Assembly (NCBI GenBank): GCA_964649165.1 | Contig: CAZYPC010000008.1 | Span: 9,788-73,787, forward strand | Reading direction: 5' to 3' | DNA length: 64,000 nucleotides | Origin: an uncultured Chryseobacterium sp. | Lineage (GTDB): Bacteria > Bacteroidota > Bacteroidia > Flavobacteriales_F > PHOS-HE28 | In this document: one piece after another, positions 63,844 to 64,000 of the stretch | Layout: every line of letters starts with the position of its first letter | How positions within the stretch are numbered: position 1 is the stretch's first letter | The notes under the pieces: model-generated | Database searches by the model: none | What the model saw: only the letters and a program-made list of their open reading frames with translations | What the model was told of the DNA's origin: nothing | Position numbers and translations under genes: made by a program

Positions 63844-64000
63844 TTATTGTACGATCAGGCGACCGGTCGCGACACGTCCACCGATCATCACGCGATACTG
63901 GTACACGCCCATCTCCACCGCATCAGCGGAGAACGGAACCCGCACTTGCTGTCCTTGGGTCACACCGGTTACGGTCATGGTCTTCACCGGGCGGCCGTTC
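63844..64000 (-). CDS. C-terminal end of a T9SS-sorted protein (gene body beyond window end)
   Basis: My own translation of the minus strand gives ...NGRPVKTMTVTGVTQGQQVRVPFSADAVEMGVYQYRVMIGGRVATGRLIVQ*. This resembles a Por/T9SS C-terminal sorting domain. Confidence 0.6.
   Translation of the reverse strand, partial: NGRPVKTMTVTGVTQGQQVRVPFSADAVEMGVYQYRVMIGGRVATGRLIVQ

Noticed and set aside
1-64000. A search for mobile-element hallmarks (transposase, integrase, recombinase, phage genes), CRISPR arrays and rRNA.
   Set aside because: I found none by reading the ORF translations and scanning for repeats. As a result, the lower-GC segments (786..2261, about 8734..11640, about 19990..20340) cannot be tied to a recognisable mobile element in this window.

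Overview
This is a GC-rich chromosomal segment (hand-counted sample lines about 63-68% GC) that looks like Bacteroidota. The evidence is T9SS-type C-terminal sorting tails, TPR histidine kinases paired with LytTR regulators, and rpoN, asnS and galE. It is densely coding on both strands, with about 55 supportable protein genes and one tRNA (anticodon CAT). I saw no rRNA, CRISPR array, transposase or integrase.

Gene blocks in order:
- a truncated intradiol dioxygenase
- a lower-GC phospholipase-D/HKD gene next to a truncated FN3 gene remnant and a perfect 26-bp inverted repeat
- a lytic transglycosylase + two SGNH hydrolases + MBOAT operon, which resembles a peptidoglycan O-acetylation cluster
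- the locus I consider most interesting (8734-14922)
- rpoN, a PhoD phosphatase, and a fucosidase/DUF4838 glycan block interrupted by a DUF433/PIN-like toxin-antitoxin pair
- galE, then small exported proteins, RidA, an HtrA-like protease, an aldo-keto reductase and an SBBP repeat protein
- two TPR-kinase/LytTR pairs
- asnS
- two regulator-led TolC-adaptor-RND efflux operons
- a vWA protein, a DASS transporter, a PAP2 phosphatase and a membrane class III cyclase

The locus at 8734-14922 has three parts. The first is a 358-aa protein with no recognisable family but two RNxxxH (HEPN-type) motifs. A compound hairpin with a U-tract separates it from a 1391-aa STAND P-loop NTPase. That NTPase has a sensor-sized portion of about 920 aa bracketed by two predicted TM helices and encoded by roughly 50% GC DNA. 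A stand-alone minimal class III nucleotide cyclase is transcribed divergently from the pair. The functional link between these genes is inference, not demonstrated.

A family of intergenic hairpins built from doubled short words follows several + strand stop codons.
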